64,000 bases of DNA from NCBI GenBank assembly GCA_965644295.1, contig CBFFRP010000209.1:1-64000 (forward strand), in the 5' to 3' direction. Of this stretch, positions 12,010 through 25,825 are shown one piece after another. The position numbers and the translations under genes are program-made. The stretch's first letter is position 1, and each line of letters begins with the position of its first letter. The DNA is from Paraphysomonas bandaiensis. Lineage: Eukaryota > Protista > Chrysophyceae. The notes beneath the pieces were generated by a model. It was not told the DNA's origin and searched no databases. It saw nothing but the letters and a program-made list of their open reading frames with translations.

Positions 12010-14717
12010 TTAGACAATGTGTACCCTATTGCAGAGTGCAGACCTGACTCGCTCAACTAATGACGGGATAACCTTGCCGTCGTAGTATTTGAGAACACGT
12101 CGTGCGCATTTTGACAAATTCTCCACTGTGAATCCAAAACGCTCATATACCTATGAATCCAGTTTTACGTCAACAATAACTCCGAACGGCTATACCTTTC
12201 CTCCTGGAGCTGACAGCCCAAAACTGTTCATTCCAAATGATGAATGCGCAAATTTCGTCCAGCCGTGATTTCCAGATGCTTCTATAGACATCACAGGAAC
12301 ACCCTCAGGAAATACCTACAAAAAATGTGCAAGTGACCACGAATGAAATATAGCATACTAATAAATTACTTGTTTTTTGTAACTCATGCTTTGTTTATCA
12401 AATAACTCCCAGCAGGGCATCGAAACAACTCTGTAGTTTATATGTAAAGTACAATGTAAAACATCTAAAAAGATACCTGATGGAAGGGCCATCGGTTTCT
12501 GACGACAATGTCTTTGCAACTCCAACGGCAAGCTGCACTTCAGTCCCAGTAGATACAATGATGAGAGAGGGAAAAGGGCAATTGCCATGAGAAGAGAGTA
12601 CATAGCCCCCAAAAGCAACCTAATAGTAGAGTAGTAGTTAAATAAGTACTGGCGATAGTCATAAAATAACACACTTTCTCAGGCATAGATCCGACTTGAG
12701 CTGGAGCCGCCTGACGACTCAACACAATCACAGAAGGCGAATGTCTGTTTTCTATGGCCGATATATAAGATCCACAGACCTGAAAAAAATCACATGTACA
12801 TCTCTTGTTTACAATCTGGTTACCTCATTCCCATCTGCAGGACGGAAGACGAGCATATTTGGCATAGCTCTTAAAGATTCCAACATCTCAATGGGCTGAT
12901 GAGTGGGCCCATCCTCACCAAGACTACACCTCGTCAGAACAGAACTCGTTCATATCTATTACTCACCCGATAGAGTCATGTGTCATGACGTAAATGACTC
13001 CAAATCTACTCAACGCAGAAAGTCTGCTGGCACCGAGAGCGTAACCCATAAAGTTGAGAAATGTGGCTCCAAACGGTCGAATACCACCGTACGCATATAA
13101 GCCATTGAGAACAGCTGCCATACCATGCTCCCGTACGCCAAATCTCAGGTAGCGTCCACATGGAGAATTCTTTTGAAAGTCACCTGAGCACTATTCACTA
13201 AGCGTCAAAGTTTGAACAATTTTATGAAGGTATGTGCACCTTAAGTGCTGTCAGATTGGAAGGAGTCAAATCAGCTGAGCCACCAATAAGTTCAGGCAAC
13301 ACAACGGCAACAGCGTTGAGAACAGCTTCAGAATGAGTACGCGTTCCAACTGCCTTTTTTTCCTTTAATGAAGCTGTAATAATACAAAGTAAGTAGCCAA
13401 CACTATATGCGTACCTCATCAACCGGAAATCTAGGTAGCCCGTCACTCCAATTGGGCGGAAGCTCTCCATTTGTACGACGAGTAAACTCCTCTGCATTCG
13501 TCGGATAAGCCAATTTATACTTTTCAAATAAAGCTTTCCATGCATCGTACTTTGCTGCACCTCCGCGACCAGAGTAGACAGCGCGTACGTCGTTCGGAAT
13601 AATAAAATACTATACAAACCTTAATCATGCTGTGGTACGTAGGATTCATAACCCACCTCTTCCGGGCTGAATCCATACTTTATTTTAAGTTGGGCTAGAT
13701 CAGAGGCTCCCAAGGGTGCTCCATGAACTTTATGAGACCCCTCCGCAATGCTACCGTGTCCGATAATAGTGCCAACCTTGATGATGGAAGGCCTTTCTGA
13801 CACCTCCTGCGCACACTGGATAGCAGTGCGAAGAGAATTAATGTCGTTCACGTCCGATACAGATTGTACATGCCACCCATAAGCACTATATCTGGCTGCA
13901 ACATCCTCAGTGAATGATAGATTGGTGCTTCCGTCAATAGTTATGTTGTTGTCATCGTAGAGCACGATCAATTTTCCTAGTCCGAGGTGCCCAGCAAGTG
14001 ACGATGCTTCAGAGGAAATGCCCTCTTGTAAGCACCCATCTCCGCAAATCACATAAGTGAAATGGTTAACAACTTCGAATCCATCCTGTAGCACAATGAA
14101 ATAAAACCGACGATGTGTTATCATACATTTCTCGAATCACCTTGTTGAAAGTGGCAGCCATATGCTTTTCGGCTATTGCAAGGCCGACAGCATTTGAAAT
14201 GCCCTATAGACAATAAGATGGTTGTAATAAATCGGTAGTTACAAACCTGTCCAAGTGGTCCAGTCGACACCTCTACGCCTGGTGTTGCAAAGTTTTCTGG
14301 ATGTCCAGGTGTGATTGAGTCCAACTGGCGAAAGCGCTTCAAGTCATCCAAAGTTATATTATATCCAGACAAATGCAGCATACTACACATCACATGTAAC
14401 ATATGAGAGATAAAATATATAACACAACACCTGTATAGCAGAGCGCATGCATGACCATTGGACAGAACGAATCTGTCCCGATTCGGCCAAGAAGGAACAT
14501 CTGAATGGAAATTCATAAACTCTCCCCATAGTAGATGAGCCATCGGAGCACAGCCCATAGGGGCACCAGGATGACCAGACTTAGCCTTCTCAACAATATC
14601 CGCAGTTAAAACACGTATTGTGTTTATACATTTTTGAGAGAGTGTATTATCAAGAGGCAAACCCTTTGATTTCTTTATAGTATTACTATGTGATGATGCA
14701 TGTCGTTTCGGCGGCAT
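12010..14717 (-). CDS. TKT: Transketolase (multi-exon)
   Basis: [40 protein letters not shown]...[10 protein letters not shown] (ThDP motif), [18 protein letters not shown]. Confidence 0.97.
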
Positions 14718-15202
14718 TCTGTATTCAGAGAATCAAGAATTTCGAGCAGTATATTAAAAGAAAGTCAAAGATCAGAATATTGAAGTATGTATACTTCCAC
14801 TTCATCTAAAGTAGATGTTCTTTCAAGGACTACTTACAGTGTTGAAGAGTATCTTTGATGAGTGTATGTATGATGTATTTATGTATGTATGTACTCTGTA
14901 GGTAGGTAGGTACGAGGTCGGTAGGTAGGTACTATGTAAAGTATGTATAATGATGTACTGTATGTACTGCTGTATGCCAGTGGTATGATGTAGTACGGAG
15001 GCGTACAGTAGGGATAGTAGCTGTAGATACAGGAGGTTGAATATAACTGTCTTCACTTCACTTCTCCCAGTCTCCTTGAAGGATACTGTTCTACTGGCAT
15101 GTCTATATACTATACACACAGCCGAGGATGTAATGGCACACATACATATACACATACATATACTATCACACCTATGATGCTGTTGTAAGTGGTGGTTTAA
15201 TT

Positions 15203-16102
15203 ATGGTGAAGTGGTTACGTGCTTCTACTCGAGCATATAAATATTTCTTTGTTAATTATTTGGTTGTTTCAGTATGCCTTGTACTCTTATGCTCCTCCAA
15301 CTGGTAAGTGTACTGTATATGTTTGATTAAGTATTAAGATTATGATTACAGGTATGTGATTTCACCAAGTTCATGCAGTTCAACATCCGTAACTCTCAAT
15401 AACGTAACTTATACTGCCCAATCTATCAATAACATATATATTAAGTTATTGGAAGGGGTATGTAAACAAGATTCCAGTGGATCTTATAAAGACTGTTTGG
15501 AGTGGGAGGCTGATAATAAATGGGAAGCGCTTGATGAGCAAAATAGATTAGTTTCTTCATTTACCACAGACTTTGCCTACGATGCGGAATTTGTTTGGCC
15601 AAAGGCTTTGGCTATCGCATCTCTTGCATTGGCGGTATCTTTACTGATGCTTATATATCTGATGTGTGCAATATACTTTGGTCGGGTGAGGTGGACTATT
15701 CAAGTTGCGTCTGCTGTTGTTCAAATTATATTAGTTATTCTTATGTGGGTACACCTTGGGTTGGGGCTGAGTACCGACACGATACTTCCAGTGTCGTGGC
15801 GAACATATTATTTAGGTTGCAATATTTACACAGGTCCTGGTGTGGGGTGGTGGGCTGGACTGATAGCAACAGTTATTTGTCTCTTTTCTTCTGTGTTAAT
15901 GTTATTTCCGTATATGATGGGGAATAGTTGGGTTAGTGGTAGATTAAAAGATGATTCAAGAATCGTTGCTACATCAGAAGATGATCGTGAAGGCAGTGGT
16001 GATGACCTTTATAATGACGTAAATCTTATACTTGGTGAAAGTGGTCAATTTAGTGATATCTCGTTAAGGAGGACCAGCAGCGGTCAAGATCGCTTATTGT
16101 AG
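15203..16102 (+). CDS. Four-TM claudin/PMP22/amastin-like membrane protein
   Basis: Exon 1 MVKWLRA..VVSVCLVLLCSSNW, GT-AG intron, then a Cys-containing loop, three further TM helices and a GPGVGW motif. Confidence 0.6.
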
Positions 16103-16722
16103 TACAAAATATATTTTTATGCATAGTGTTTTGTTACGCATTCTATATTTAATATTTACTATGGTGAAGTTCATATATTATTTAGTATAATAGTATTTTT
16201 ATCGACTATTATGGAAAATTAGACTGCATACTTTCCAGTCGAAAAAAGTCCTTAATATGAATTGTTGATCTATTAGTGTATTGTGTATTGTGTAGATATA
16301 GTAATTACAAGTATGATTATATACTACACAATATTTACATATTTACGGACACACATTGCTTGAGAGTAGCCAACATCACCTGCTTCCTGCTGAGAGGATT
16401 ACGATACACGATACACATAAATCATATATCATATACTCACTAACAGCACATTCCAACTGAGTTGTGTGTGTAATGACATGAAGAAATACAATTACCTGGT
16501 TGCAGCTTTTAGTTTTGCAAGAAGCATCATCACATTCCAGGATAGAATTGACATAATATATAGAATATAGATATATAGGATATAACAGATGTATAGGTGG
16601 AATCATAACAGAACTAAAGCTATTATCTACATTAATATAGACCATTATAAATAAAGTTAGGTAATCAAATTCAATTTGTTAGAAGCGTTCGTCAAGTTAA
16701 AGTATAGTGATTATTAAGCGTA

Positions 16723-17253
16723 TTACAGTTTTTTCTCAATCCATGGGATCTGAGAACCATCAGGCTGTAATCCTCGTACTAAATTGGTACGATCAGAACA
16801 TTTGCATTGTCTACATTCAAAAAGAGAATCAACATTTACTGCAGCATCAGAACCTATTTCACTTTCATTAACTACCCGAACAGGAATGCCCACAAACCCA
16901 CAATCCCAACATAAGCATGGATGACCAATGGATATCTCCGATTTACCATCTGGTCCTGCAGCTAATATATTCAATACATTCGTCAAGCAATCCACACAAC
17001 GTGAAGCAGCTTCTGGTTTACCAGTTGCATGAAATAATGCAACAGCATCAAATATACTCTTGGGCATATTGGAATCAGAGGATTCAGAAGTCTTTGGCTC
17101 TATTTTAAAGAGAGAAAAAGATGGGGGTATAGAAACTTGTTGTGACATTAGACTAGACTGGTGTGGTAAATTATACTGCTGGTTTAGTATAGATAAATCA
17201 CTGGGTGTGTTATTAAACCTGTTAAGGAGTAGACCACTCATCCCTCTCCTCAC
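16723..17253 (-). CDS. Hypothetical protein with CxxC...CxxC (possible zinc ribbon)
   Basis: 176-aa ORF; CWDCGF and CRQCKC motifs; start uncertain. Confidence 0.55.
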   Translation of the reverse strand: MRRGMSGLLLNRFNNTPSDLSILNQQYNLPHQSSLMSQQVSIPPSFSLFKIEPKTSESSDSNMPKSIFDAVALFHATGKPEAASRCVDCLTNVLNILAAGPDGKSEISIGHPCLCWDCGFVGIPVRVVNESEIGSDAAVNVDSLFECRQCKCSDRTNLVRGLQPDGSQIPWIEKKL

Positions 17254-17585
17254 GACATCACACTGAGCGATGTGTGGGTAGAAGCAGCAGTGTATGCTAA
17301 TAGGAAGCTTTGGATCTCCAAAACCCCGAAAAATGAGTCAAAAAAATCCTCTTTTCCAAGTAAGTTAATTGCATAGCCCTAATATACAGTAGAAATACAG
17401 TGTATATCATTAAAAAAACAGAGGTATAGACAATATTTCCGGATTTTTCAATAGATTTCTAGAGAATGAAGTCACAGTGATAATGCTATGAGAGGTCCTG
17501 TATCACAATGGCGCGCCTTAACAAGATATTCCATATATAACCCTACCAAAAGAATTATAAACCATATTACAATATAAATAATAAT

Positions 17586-18407
17586 ATGGGTAATCAAAAT
17601 TCAAATGGAGAACAAAAAGGAAAGAAAATTATTGAAAGTAAATTAAATGTTGCTGCGAAAACAGGAGTGCTCAATATAGCTGATCAAAGCTTACATATAA
17701 AGTCATCTGTATGGCAGAAATTAACATCATTAGAATTATGTAATAAATTAAAGAGTTTAGATATATCAAAAAATGATATCAAAAAGATACCAATTGAAAT
17801 AGTTTCATTGTGCAAACTGAAAACATTAATGATATATTCATGTAAGTTGACATCACTACCTGATCTGAGTCCACTGAATCAGTTATGTGACTTACAAGCT
17901 TCGAATAATTTACTTGAAAATGGTGGGCTTGATTTACTACCTGTATCTATCATTAAGTGTGACTTATCTCATAATCGTTTCAACACATTCCCAATTGAAC
18001 TTGTGGTCCTTTCGAACTTAAAAGAACTTAATTTGTCTCACAATAGAATTACAAGTCTTGAAGGAATCGGCCACCTTGTATCATTGACTCACCTTTATCT
18101 AGATCACAATCAGTTGCGAGAGGTTCCGGTAGAAGTTAGACACCTGAAAGTGTTGAAATTGATATCCCTGAAATATAATGTGATTGAGAAAGATGCTGTT
18201 TCCAGTGCCGGGCAAAGTATTCCGGCTGAACTATTTCTTGAAACAATTGTTGATCATATTAACTTGGAAGGAAACACCGGGCTCACGAAAGCAGACGTGC
18301 TCAAGTTCGAAGGTATAGATGCCTTTCTCGAAAGACGGCAGAAAGGAAAAGACAAGACTCTGTATGGTGGAGCACTCACTGACTTCTCTCTATTTGGAAT
18401 TGACTAA
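17586..18407 (+). CDS. Leucine-rich repeat protein, LRRC57-like
   Basis: MGNxxS myristoylation start, AAKTGVLNI, LxxLxLxxN repeats, C-terminal FLERRQKGKDK. Confidence 0.85.
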   Translation: MGNQNSNGEQKGKKIIESKLNVAAKTGVLNIADQSLHIKSSVWQKLTSLELCNKLKSLDISKNDIKKIPIEIVSLCKLKTLMIYSCKLTSLPDLSPLNQLCDLQASNNLLENGGLDLLPVSIIKCDLSHNRFNTFPIELVVLSNLKELNLSHNRITSLEGIGHLVSLTHLYLDHNQLREVPVEVRHLKVLKLISLKYNVIEKDAVSSAGQSIPAELFLETIVDHINLEGNTGLTKADVLKFEGIDAFLERRQKGKDKTLYGGALTDFSLFGID

Positions 18408-18960
18408 TTGTATATGGTCTATAGTATTTCAAAGATGCATTCTTGTGCGTAAATTCCAGATAACGTGTCAGTTAGATGTCGAATAATGTAATTTGAAAAT
18501 TTCTATGTGACGTATGATAGTTGTACCACTACTCTGTATATGACATTCAGCGTAAGCACATCTAACATTTGCGAAACGCCTTAAGCTACTTCTTGAAAAT
18601 CACAATGCTAAGAATACCTAATAAATTTACAGTATACACTAAAATAATAATGATACACAGCTGAATTTTATCCAATTTTGATATTGAGCATGCTGTATAC
18701 TGTATAGGTCGTCATCATCTACTATTAACCAGTCTTGCATAACAGTTAATTATTGGTTACTGCCTATTAATTGGTTTCAAAATGATAACTGCAATACAAG
18801 TAATCAACAATCGCACAGCTTAAGACAAGATCAGAAGCAATGAGATTTACTTAAAGGAGAAGTTATAACTTATTAAGATAATCGGTTTCCTCTTCTATTT
18901 CGAAAATTCATTGACTACCACTGGTCTATATGTATATTCACAACTACTCAAAATAATCAA

Positions 18961-19911
18961 TCATCCCTCCTCTGCTGTTTCCTCATTTGTTTCCCACGAA
19001 GTTAATTGTCCTTGTTCCATTGCATCCATTACCTCAACAATGTCTGCGGGTAACGGTTCCAATAGGAGTTCGAGTTTCGTTCCTACCGCGGCATGATCAA
19101 CCGGAAGAAGTGGGGCATATCCTTTTGTAACACACCACCGAATAAGGAGCTGAGTAAAGTGTTAATGCATATATCAACAGTATATACCATAAAACCTGTT
19201 GTGTAGTTATATCTAGGCCCCTTGCGAGCTCCACCAAAATCGGCATGTCGGAATTAATATCCTTCGCTAGGGGATTATCACATAGCACAACAATACCATT
19301 ATCATGACAAAACTCAGCTATATCTAATCGCTGATGAAATGGCGTAATCTCCATCTATACACTTCAGTCATGACAATGTCAAACAGTGTAAGTGTTATAT
19401 GTACCTCTACTACAGCTGGACACACATTGCATTTCTTCAAAATATTTGATAGCTGACCGTGCGTCATATTCGCCAACCCGATTGATCGAGTGAGACCGCT
19501 TTGTTTAAGTTCTTCCATAGCTTTATACTGATCGACTCGGTGTGATATGTCCAACGGGCCATGAATAATTAGCAAGTCGACATAATCGAGACCATAAAAA
19601 CCTAACGCTTCTTGAACTGCATCTACTATTTCTTCTTTCTTACGATTCTTTGGCCACACTTTTAATGTAAAAAAAACATCTTCACGGTTTAGTTCCGCAC
19701 CACCTTCCAAAACACAATCCGCTACAACGTGACCATTGCCAAATAATTCACTAATTTCAATATGACGAATGCCTTCATCTATCATTCTAAGTAAAAGCTC
19801 GCGAACCTTGTCTGTAGGATCACGACGAAATGACGCTATTCCAAGTTGGGGAATGTCAAAACCATCATTCATTGGGAGTATGGGAATATCAACTGTAGGT
19901 GCAATAGCCAT
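18961..19911 (-). CDS. Aldo-keto reductase fold protein with altered catalytic tetrad (3 exons)
   Basis: IPQLG, REDVFFTLKVW, LDYVDLLIIH, RSIGLANM, EITPFHQ, LLIRWCVTKG. Confidence 0.88.
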
Positions 19912-20391
19912 TATACTAGAATATATGTTATTGAGAGAATAGTTGAACTAAAGTATGGCTGTTGCCTAATTTAAAGATATACAGTCTATAATGGCAATAT
20001 CCGTATGACAAGTGATGCAGACTAATCTACTTCCTCTTTCAATAATAATCAGAATATAATCAATGCAATATCTACCAATACTTACTGTGTTAAGTCATGT
20101 AGTATCCATTGCAACAGGCAATTACAGTCCCATATATGTACATCACCTTCATACTCTGGCAGTTATATTTTTTTTATTCCATTATTATCAAAAACTCAAA
20201 AACTGAAAAACGATTCAAGATTTCATCCAAACTAAAGGTGTGTGGAAATAGAGGAATATAATAGTGGAGTATGTATGTATATATATATATATAGCAGTGG
20301 CAAGTTAATTACTAATAGTGTCAAGGTAAGACATCATATATATAAATAAATCAATTGAATATACAATTTCATTAAAGATTTGTTATATCAG

Positions 20392-20943
20392 ATGGCTGAA
20401 ACAGTTGTTGGAACCGTCACTGTGAGAGATGTGCCTGCCGCAGCTTTTATTGCTGCATATGCGCAGGTTTTGAAGAATAACGATAAGTTTCTTGTTCCCA
20501 AGTGGGCTGATACTGTCAAGACTGGTGTTCATAAGGAACTTGCTCCATATGATCCTGACTGGTACTTTATCAGAACCGGTATGTGTATATGTATATTGTT
20601 ATATGTATGTATTGTTATATATATATGTAGCTGCTGTTGCTCGCAAGATCTACTTGAGACAGGGCACTGGTGTTGGAGCTCTTAAGAAGAGATTTGGTGG
20701 TGCTTACAGGTGTGTTGAATGGTGTATGGTTTGTGTGTATGTGGGTTTTACAAATATAACAGGAGGGGTACTCTTCCCAAGATCCACCAGGACGCTTCTG
20801 GTGCCGTTATCAGAAACGCTATTCTTATGCTCGACGAACTTAAAATCACCGAGAAATGCGGCAAGGGTGGACGTAAGATCACCTCTGTCGGCCAGAGAGC
20901 TCTTGACCAGGTCGCACGTCAGGTTGCCCTCGGAGAAGCATAA
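20392..20943 (+). CDS. RPS19: 40S ribosomal protein S19 (eS19), 3 coding exons
   Basis: [59 protein letters not shown]. Confidence 0.98.
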
Positions 20944-21346
20944 GCTTGTTTTTAGATGTGACGCTCTCCCATAATTAATTCAGCCACTGTTCCTATAAGT
21001 ATTATTGCATGCCACTCAGTCTGTTTTATTGCAAGCCACTCTTCTTGAGTTAGTACTAAAATACTATATTAAGTATACAGTATACTGTGACACTACTATG
21101 TTTGGTCAGCTTACTTCTATTTGCTATCTTCAAACATGCAGCAAGTGTTATTTCGAACTGCATTTCGAATACAGAAGTAATGCATATTCTTAGTAGTATG
21201 GAAACAGAATATTCTAGAGGGAGTAGGCAAGTCTTTATACGAAATGCAGTTACTTCAAGGCTGTATTTAGCCTTGACATTGCTTCTGCTGTAGGCTGGTG
21301 TTGGGTAACATGTCTGTAGTCTGTATAAAGTATCAACGAGTGATAT

Positions 21347-22692
21347 GGAAAAATTTAATTTTGGCCCTTTTTGGCCCTCGGCCCGCTAGGGCCCTCGGCC
21401 CGCATTTGGCCCTCTACTACAACTAACAATAATAACAATAATTCTTAATTAAAAACACACACAACACACACTACAACCACAAGCAACAATAACGCACAAA
21501 GCAAAGGGCAGTATTACGCACAAAGCAAAGGGTCAAATTTAGCAAGAGTTATTAATATCTTAAGCAAGAGCAACTTTATACCAAAACATTTTTCGGAGCT
21601 GGGGGCTCCCCACGCTTCGACTCTACGAGCCGGCGTCCACTGCCCCCAGGCCCCCGCCCCTAAACAACGCCGGGGCCGGCCCCACCGGCCCTATTCCGGC
21701 GTTTGGCGCCGGTCTGAGCCCTGCCGGCGGCAACACAGCATGTCTCAATCTCCTCGGTGAAAGCACAGTCTTCGGCTGTCACTGTAGACTCCTTGCCACA
21801 TCCAGTGTATTTCACTATCTCCTCAATTGAAATACAATCATCAGTGGGTACATCGACAACATATCCATTCTGCAGTCGGCACTGCTCGCGATAGCCAACG
21901 ATGGACCCCTCGTAAAATCCAACTCTCACCACCTCGTACATGCACCCATCCTCAGGATCATAGTGGCTCTTCCCAATCAAAAACTTGTATTGGTTGAGCT
22001 GCGCAAACTTAGTCCTTTGGACTGACCTGTCCATTTCAAATGCAGCGTAGTCCTCTGGCAATGTGAATTGCTGGAATGGCAGATGTTTCGGCCGGGATGC
22101 ATGACCCCTGAGAATTTTGTTTCGAAGTTCGACGTATTCTTGACTTAGCTTCCGAATAGTACTCACATATAACACCACGGAAGGATGCGCAGTGGGAAAA
22201 GCCTCGTTCAGCTTTCTGTTAAACCTTTCCAGTGGATTGTTGGTTCTATTAATCAAGCGGGATGTTGATGACTCGTCTGTTACAATGCCATGCACATTCC
22301 AATCATTAGGATCGTACGAGAGCATCCAGGTCTTCACGAAGTATTTCCAGAATATGTCAAACTTGGCTCGGTGAACACCTTCGTCAAAATGTTGGCGCAC
22401 ATATGGTATCCCTTTAGGCTCAATATCTTCAATAGGAATTGTTAATAGAATCGCCTGCTTGATGACAAAATTATTAATGAATTTGTATTAAGTTTTCAAA
22501 AAGTCGAAATTAAAAACTAATCACATTAGTTTTTTCAAAACTCGAAATCTTTAAAAGACAATAACTGAAATAATATAACAAATCAAAATCTTCAGGAGGC
22601 AAAAACTGAAAAAAATTAATTTTAGAGGGCCCGCGGGGGGCCGCGGGCCCGCGAGGGCCGAGGGCCCTGGCGGGCCGCAAAAAAACCTTATC
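21347..22692 (-). mobile_element. Non-autonomous Mutator-like (MULE) DNA transposon, copy 1 (1346 bp), TSD AGTGATAT
   Basis: 8-bp direct repeat at 21339-21346 and 22693-22700; reverse complement of 44574-45919; GGCCC-rich subterminal repeats. Confidence 0.9.
21660..22400 (-). pseudogene. C-terminal part of a MULE-type transposase (copy 1)
   Basis: FWKYFVKTW..WNV..RTNNPLERFNRKLN..HPS, the C-terminal catalytic-Glu region of MULE transposases; N-terminal and Asp-containing regions absent. Confidence 0.8.
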
Positions 22693-23158
22693 AGTGATAT
22701 TTCCTATACCAGCCGTTTGGTGTATATGTCTTGTTTACTTGAGCCAGGACCTTGCAAATGCCACTATAATTACCGGAAAGTGGACTACCAGCGCTTAATA
22801 TGAGCAGCAAATCAAGTTGCAACTTGATAGCTACCTCATACCTCATACAATTATTTGACTATAGAAAATCAGGATGTAAGTTGACAGTTTACATTGTAAT
22901 TCTAATAGCCTTCAATCTAAAATATCATATATATAAGTTTCTACTTTCTTATCATTTAGTGCGAATACATTGTACTACTACACATATTCGTACATTGTAT
23001 CCTATGGAAAAATTAGTAGGTATACATTACGTCAAGTATTCCAACACTGATTACGATAATACCACGATATATAGCACCAATAGCTGAATATCTATAGCCA
23101 CCATAATAGGGAAATCAATGTGTACTCCAAGTACTAATGCAAATAAACTGTAAACCGT

Positions 23159-24781
23159 CTAATCATCTTGCTCAAGCCTGAGGTACTGTCCCTTGTATGT
23201 TAAGACAGGCAATACACCAGCTGTCATTGTCGCAATAACCCATATGCCATAGGGAAACAATGGCGCTGGTCCAAAAGAATCTATTGTCAGGAGCACCTGA
23301 CCGATGAATGTCATAGCGATAGCGAGAGTGTTGGCACATATGTACAGCAACCCAAGCGCAATGTCTTCAGAGAGCGGATAAATACATTCCACCGAATTGA
23401 CTATGGTTGACGGAATCACTGGTAATAGAGTAAACCCAAGGATGGCGGAGCTCGAGAGAAGTAGGGCATAGTTATGTGCGCGGCAGTTGGAGGCGAAGAA
23501 AATCCATGCCAATAGTGCAATACCATAAGAACTGAAGAATTTATAGTATTAATAGCAGAAGGAGAAGTGCATCAAACACATATATGCATCACGGTGAGGT
23601 GGGTAAACACTTTACCACAGACATACCTCTTGAGCACCGTGCGATAGGCTTTGGATGAATCCAGCACAAATCCAGTGAGAAATGCACCAACAAAACCTCC
23701 CATGATAAGTACCGCTCCAAGACTTCCTGACTGTCCATTGGAGTAATCACCAGGAAGCTGGTTTAGCAGTGCCGCAAGGGCGTTTAGATTTCCTGGTATT
23801 ATTCAGTTAATATTTGGCGAAAGTGGCAGTATTACATTTCAATCAAATTTTTACCTAACGCTATTGTAAACCCGAAAAGTAGCTTGAGGTACTCGGAATT
23901 AGACAGTAGAGCTTTGACCTCGTCCATGACACTGGTGTACTGAGAGTTCTTCTTGTTCGAGTCCATTTGAAGAGTAGAATTGCTGGGAGGAGTTATGGGA
24001 GAACTCTGGAAGAACACTAGCGTCAGCAACAATGAGATCACCGCAACTCCAAGCTGAACAAGGAGCAGCATGGAGACGCCCTTTACATCATTCCCCTCCC
24101 CTGAAACAAACATAGCAGGCAAGAGAGAGCCAATAGCAGATCCCAGCGGGTTGGCGAGACTGCACAGTGTGGTCGCCACATCACGCTCTTGCACTGCGAA
24201 CCAGGACGCAGCAATCTTAGCAGGCATATTAAGATAAAAGGGTTGGGCAGCAGCCACTATTATTGTGCCGAGGAGAACAAATACATACGAGAGGATCGGC
24301 GAAAAATCATCACTATCTCGTCCAAAGGCTCCAACCCACCGAACGGCACACCCAACGCTCGTTAAGGCCCCACCCAATATCATTGTCGTCTTTAGATTGG
24401 TCACCTTCATTGTCTTTGTAGACAACGCCGTACCCGGAATATACATAATCTGGAATGAAACAGCAAGCAGGTTAACAGCAGTGGCACCAATGCCACCCCA
24501 ATAGTCCGATGCCTTGTCTGATATTGGACTATACATACACAGTTACAGTTATTAGTCCTAATTTATATACATACATGCAGCTAATAGTTATGATAGGTAC
24601 ACATACATATACATATCGTTGTAGTCATATACACACATACAGTTACACATACATACCTCCAAGATAGTAACACTAGAGCATTAGCCACACCAGATAATAT
24701 GAAGATAGTCAGTACGGCCCATCGTACAGTGTATACTTTAAACACCCCACTGTCACTAAGAAGAGGACCGTCATCCATCAT
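23159..24781 (-). CDS. MFS transporter, FLVCR/SLC49-like (multi-exon)
   Basis: KVYTVRWAVL, YSPIS, AQPFYLNMPAKIAASWFAVQERDVAT...NPLGSAIG, VECIYP; about 12 TM helices. Confidence 0.9.
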
Positions 24782-25526
24782 GATATTAAATTTATAGGTA
24801 AGGAAACGTCGTGGTTTTCGACGTTAGATTATATGAGATATGATATAGTGTGGATGGAGTTTGATGACTGGATAGTATGTATATATACATATATGTACAT
24901 ACAGAGAGAGGGTATGGTATGTATGGGCTGTATAGCAGTGTACTATACAGGAGATATGTACAGTAGGTGTATGGATACTAACTATGCTCTGCTGTACATA
25001 TGTGTACGTATGTATATGGTATACTGTATATGATATATGAGGTACTGCCTGTAGACACCTACAATGCCTCTACTGCTGTGTACACTCCTAGATACTATAT
25101 GTCTGTATTTCATGTATATCACTGTATATCTACAATCTACAAGACTACAGTCCTCATATGGACGTATTTCAACTGTATTATTTTCTAGTTAAAATTTGGG
25201 CTGGTGAGGTCGGTCCCACATAACTAGACTGCAAGCTAAGTTGCATGAGACCACACGATAGTTTAGTGTCGTAGTGCTAATATTTAATTATAGTAGAGCC
25301 AAGAATCTTGTGTAAATATTGGCAACAACGTTACGTGAGATCCAAGTTTTTGGATTAGAAATTTTATAGTGTTCAATATCTGTATCTGAAGCATTCATAC
25401 ATTCATATGGTATCATTGGACAAAACTGGGATATATCTTTTGTGTCTGTGTTTCTTGAAGAGTGCAACATCATCTCCAACGGTTGAATCTGCAATTAATA
25501 TATATATATTTCTAATTTTTATTTGC

Positions 25527-25825
25527 AGCCTGCGCCGACCATACTAGAAACGATACCCTGTCTCAACTGTTATACATTAGACCCCACGAGTGCCCCAACG
25601 TATATGACATACGGTGCTTTAGGTGTATCGATTAATAGTGAGGCATTGCGTGTGCTTTCGGTCTTATTGATTTTGGTTGTAGCTGCAGTATTAGTTACGT
25701 ATATTGGCTATGTTAGATCATCGTACAACAAATACGGTGAGGTGCAGGTCAAACGTAGAAACATTGCGGATTCTTCTACGCATTCTCAGATGGATTTAAT
25801 TGAAAAGGATGACGGGAAACCTTAG
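25527..25825 (+). CDS. Last exon of a small single-pass membrane protein; 5' exon not resolved
   Basis: TTGCAG acceptor, PAPT/PTSAPT stalk, one TM helix. Confidence 0.4.

Noticed and set aside
21347-22692. hAT classification because of the 8-bp TSD
   Set aside because: ORF carries the MULE-type YF..TW/WN/RTNN.LE..N signature and the ends lack short hAT-type TIRs
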